Assembly: GCA_951406725.2 (NCBI GenBank) | Contig: OX597818.1 | Location: 83,142,001-83,206,000, forward strand | DNA: 64,000 bases | DNA from: Octopus vulgaris | Taxonomy: Eukaryota | Reading direction: 5' to 3' | Shown: one piece after another, positions 58,931 to 64,000 of the stretch | Layout of the letters: each line of letters begins with the position of its first letter | How positions within the stretch are numbered: the first letter of the stretch is position 1 | The notes under the pieces: generated by a model | What the model was told of the DNA's origin: nothing | Seen by the model: only the letters and a program-made list of their open reading frames with translations | Databases searched by the model: none | Program-made: the position numbers and the translations under genes

Positions 58931-59675
58931 TTAAGAATTCTACTCAAATCGCAATGTTGCTACGGAAACCTTATCTATGCACACCTTGCACTCAAGAATG
59001 TTTCGAAAACGTATTAATATAATGTCCGAAACAAAAGCCATTGAAAATAATTCGTAACCGAAATAGAGGAAATATATTCACTTTAGTCTTTCAATTTATA
59101 ACTGATATTATATTAAAAATATTTGTTGTTATTGCCATGAAATCAATTATACACTCGTATATTCATTTATTTAGGCATCCATCAATTTACTTGTAATCCA
59201 TTTATTCATTAATGTAAATTTGTTACATAACGTTGTTACCTCTTTTTACCTATTGCTTATTTGTGGTGTGGTTCCTGAACATGCAATCTTATGTCGGCAT
59301 ATCGTGAAGATGCGCAAGTATATGTACCATATATATTCAAGCAATTATTTCAGTATATAGATATATAGTCATTCTTTCATTCGTATAATGGTACCAGGCG
59401 TATGTCTCTAGCTATGCTGAAGCACTGCCTTAATTTCTTTTTTCTTTTGAGTTTTGTTGTAGCTTCATGGCGGAAAGTTGCTCCATGATCGAGTTTGTAG
59501 TAGCTGATCTCTGGTGAGTGCAACCTTGAATAGTTGGCTGGTCCGATATCACCGACTGGTGTTTATGCCAATGATTTTCTTTTTATGATTCAATAAAGGT
59601 CCCGTTTATATGTCTGATTTCGTGAAGTAGGCATTCGAATAACAGAAGATCATTAAGTATTGGACTGGCGCAATA

Positions 59676-60460
59676 TGTGGGTGGGCTGAAAAGTTCATAG
59701 GCTGACTATGAAGGAGTGATCATAGAACTGTTAAATTTTACATTATTCTTATTAATAGCTGCATTGTTTCAAGTACCTGCAGAAAAACGGTTTAGCTCCC
59801 AACGACATTCATAGTGCCATAGTTTCCACCTTAATAGATGAGGCTTCAGCTCTTTCAAATGTGCAATAATAGGCAACAGAATTTAGGACGGGAGAAGTGA
59901 GTCTTGAAGATGACCCAAAATCTGGACGTCTAACTATAGCCACCGCAGAGGAAATTATTGACTGTGTTCAGCACATGGTAATGTATGACTAATTATAAAA
60001 TCAAATAGCCGATGATAATAGCATATCCCATGAGAGAGCTGAGAATATTCTGTACAATGAACTTGGTATGACAAAGGCTTCTGCACGGTGGCTGCCACAT
60101 CTTCTAACATTTGTGAAAAAGCAGAACAGTCTGATCCTACCACAGGGAAATTTGGTATTGTTTCAGGTAGATCCAGCTGGTGTCTCAGAACGTTTCCTAA
60201 GCCAGGATGAGTGTTGCTTTCATCCATCCCTTAAAACCAGACACAAAGACATGCGATGGGAGCATCCCTCCTCACCTGCTCCAATGAAGACCAAAGTCGT
60301 TTTATCTGCAAAGAAAGTTGTGGCATCAGTTTTCTGAGTTGCAAAAGTATTGCGTTTATAGATTTTCTTCAAAAGTGCCGCAACATCAGTACAGAGTATT
60401 ATTCCAACTTTCTGAGGCAATAATGAAAGGGTACCAAGACCAAATGTTCAGGAAAACTGA
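59676..60460 (+). mobile_element. Decayed mariner transposon, left end plus N-terminal two-thirds of transposase
   Basis: TIR-like GGGTGGGCTGAAAAGTTCATAGGCTGAC. Translation gives SLEDDPKSGR, ILYNELGMTKASARWLPHLLT (WVPHEL motif), FLSQDECCFH (first Asp) and KKVVASVF. Stops and frameshifts. Confidence 0.9.
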
Positions 60461-61856
60461 AAAATCCACCGCAAAATTTAATATAGAAAAGAGGTGTGAA
60501 TACACAGTGAAGGAAAAGTTAAGTCGATTTTTAATTTCGGTATAACTAAACATCATAACACATACACACACGCGCGCGCGCGCAGACATACACATACACA
60601 CACACACATGTATACACGCATATCTAAATTTATATGCATGAAGAATATGTTAGAAAATTGTCTCATTGCATTGGTCAGAGCAATTATACGACCATGTTCT
60701 CACATCTGAAATAAATATTTAATGGTGGAGCCCTGAGCAACAAACGCAATATTTGAAAGCTAAATATCAGATTTAAAAATGGTTCATCATCCTTCCCTCC
60801 TTCCCATGTAAGTGCTAGATATCTCTGTATAAATAGAAAAAATTGTAACAAATTCGTGATAAGGCCCAACACTTGGTACTTAAAGTAATCTCATGTAAAA
60901 ATTAACGTATTCAAACGGTCTATTTGAAAATATGAGACTGATCCACGTAGCAAAACTATTCAACACATGTGTGATGTGTGAATTTGTGTGCGGTTCTTGA
61001 GGATGATCCCAAGAGCCATATTTATAAATTTACAGAAAAGAAAATGGAAAAATAAATTTCAGCATTCATATAAATAGAAATGCGTGGAAGTTTTAAAATC
61101 CAATACGCATAAAGGGTTCTACGAAGTACCTTCTGAGTTCATTTAATACAAATTCAATGGCGATGGCATTTGAAATCAAAAGATGGCATTTGTATGTTTT
61201 CAGTGTGTGTATATATGTAGTTATGTATGTACGAATGTATGTATGTGCGTATGAATGCATCTATGTGCACATATATGTAAATGTATGTTTGTACCAAATT
61301 ATACATAAACACGCATATACGGACACAAGAATATGTGTATGAATATATGTAGAATACGTTTGGAAAATATTTTCAGTGTTCCAAATGTTAAGTTAACCTA
61401 AATATGTAAGTTGATGCCGTTGAGTATTTTAAGAGTGGCACTATAATATTCAACTTACCGATTGGAAGAAAGAAAAATAGCCAAGGATTTCTGAGCAATA
61501 TGCAGTTACGACCCTATTAAAACATGCCCTCGAATCCCCTCCACAATTTATAATTGTACCTCAGACATTTTGAGTGCGTCATCACAACACTTTCGTTTTG
61601 TCTGTTGGGAAGAATATATTTCTCCGAACTCTTCAATATACCCTTTACAAATACATTTCTATTTGTAATAGGGTATCTTTGTCAAAATATTATAGGCTGA
61701 TTAAACAACATATGTAAGATATTACAATCATTTTACATCACTTTGTTTTCATCTCATTAATTCACCTTAAATATGTTGCCTAGATTCTCACCTGCATAAT
61801 TCAATGTTTTTTAAGAATTTACACATTCCAGTACTTCAAGCAAATTACAATGTAAT

Positions 61857-61919
<63 letters not shown>

Positions 61920-62364
61920 GTGTATCTGTATCTATATATATATAGATGTCTAAGGGTGTGTCCGGAAGAAGAGAGTCTCACTGTAGCTCCTTATCCACTG
62001 AGATTGATGCCATTATTATTCATGTTAAGCAATGTTTAAAATCCAGCACTGTGAGAAAGGCATGATCAAGTAGAAAATTCCAGGTGGCCGATGTAGTGGG
62101 AGAGTAATTATTAACGAATGACCCTAGGCCTGCACATAACAACGGAGATAAGAGGAAGCAGTAGCCTTATTAGAAAAGGCACAAATACAGTTATAACTAT
62201 TGAGCAGCGCCACGTACGTTTCGACAGTATGGGGGAACATACCTTTAACAAAATGTTTAGGGTGTTCCAAATATCCATTACAAATAAGTTAATAGGTATA
62301 TATATATATATACATATGTATCAATGTGAGTGCACATATATATATGCGTGTGTGTATGTGAATG

Positions 62365-62418
<54 letters not shown>

Positions 62419-62450
62419 TAGAGAGATAGATAGATAGATAGATAGGTAGG

Positions 62451-62486
<36 letters not shown>

Positions 62487-63291
62487 GATACAGATAGATA
62501 GATAGATAGACAGATAGATACGAATATATATGTTTGTATGTATGTATACGGTAAATGCTTGTGTATATAGTGTTCAGACGCACCTTTGTCGTACGCAATA
62601 CGATTACACATACCACATACCAACAAACCACACCTCCGGTAACGTCTCGTCACTAAATATTCGCAATAGCAGAGATCTACCGCATACACACGCCCCACAC
62701 AAAACTCCTAAACACACCTACCTCTTTACCCTAATCTTAATACGCAGGTACATTTTTATAAGCGTACACTCTTGAATAAACTTTGCCATTCTTAATTCCC
62801 TCATAGAATCACTTTTCAACGTGGACCCTGACCCACTAGACAAATATATTACTTTTTACTTTCTTCCAGTCTCTTTTTCGATTTCAAAATTCTCCTTTAA
62901 TTTCTGACGAATAACTGGTATATGAAAAGCCAAAACTCTTGCCAACCATATGAAGTGTTAAACTTATACGTAGAACATTCGTTAAATATTGTCCGTCTAG
63001 TGTTGTCTTTATTATTTTGTGTTCATTGTTTTCATGCTATACCTACCTACACAAAGTATGTATGCATATATATATATATATGTACAAAACATCCACATAA
63101 TTCACAAACACTCATTCACATATAAGAATGTATGAGTACACATATGTATGTATACATACATACATACATACATACTCACATACTTACATACATATATATA
63201 TATAAGTAAGCATATGCATGCGTACCTGTATATATTAAAGTGTATCATTTTTATGCATTGCATTTTGCAATGCCTTAAAAGTTCCATCAGC

Positions 63292-63292
<1 letters not shown>

Positions 63293-63348
<56 letters not shown>

Positions 63349-63386
63349 TTCGTTATTATTAATAGTATTATCATCAATATAATAAT

Positions 63387-63417
<31 letters not shown>

Positions 63418-63540
63418 GCAGTCGTTGTAGACCTTTTCCTCTTCCACCTCTCCATCTTCCACTTCCTACTCCCCCTTCTCCTCATCGTCATGCTCATTCA
63501 ACTTTATTATGATCATTATGATCATCATCCTCGTCTTTAC
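63293..63540. repeat. (ATT)n/(ATC)n microsatellite and degenerate extension
   Basis: Direct inspection. Confidence 0.9.
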
Positions 63541-64000
63541 CAACAATATTTTCATATTTTTCCATCAATATCAGTTTTGTTTATTACGTCTATCTGCTGA
63601 ATGTCTGAGCCTGGACTAACCACTATTACATTATGATAGAACAACAGGAAAACCAGTTTGAATTGCTGCCAAACAACTGATCCGATCCATACATGATTCC
63701 ATGCCAATGTCAATATTTGTTTCGCTGTCTAATGTGTCTGCAACACCCATCTTCAATCTTACCACCCCCACTAACCCCACTGCTCCTCTAATTCTCCCTC
63801 ACATTTTAATATATTTCTCATATTCTACTCATCTCGTACAGCTACCCCTTCACTCTCTTCCGTTTTATATTTCACTCCCTGATGGTTGGCATCAACAGTT
63901 GAGAATCGCCGTTCGATATTTGATTTTAGACAATCTCTTTCAACGCTATGGTGCTAAGCGCAGGCGCAGGTAGTTAATATTCTATAACATGCGATTGTAT

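Overview
AT-rich, microsatellite-saturated animal genomic DNA with no recognisable host protein-coding exon, rRNA or intact tRNA. It is most likely intergenic or deep-intronic sequence from a coleoid cephalopod (Octopus-like); this is inferred from the SINE families and microsatellite density and is not verified. Almost all ORFs in the supplied track are translations of simple repeats. Supported content: (i) many copies of at least three tRNA-headed SINE families; (ii) decayed non-LTR retrotransposons (Tx1/L1-type, RTE, R4/Dong-type REL elements sitting in (AAT)n, Penelope-like GIY-YIG remnants); (iii) four decayed Tc1/mariner transposase fragments and two MITEs; (iv) several fold-back structures, including a 279-bp near-perfect palindrome. 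The most interesting signals are two Penelope-type minimal hammerhead ribozyme motifs. One lies inside a tRNA-headed SINE-like element (Pol III head + (AAT)n + hammerhead tail), a candidate ribozyme-bearing, Penelope-mobilised SINE. A set of asymmetric fold-back insertions in microsatellites is also notable. All calls were made by eye, and element boundaries are approximate unless stated.
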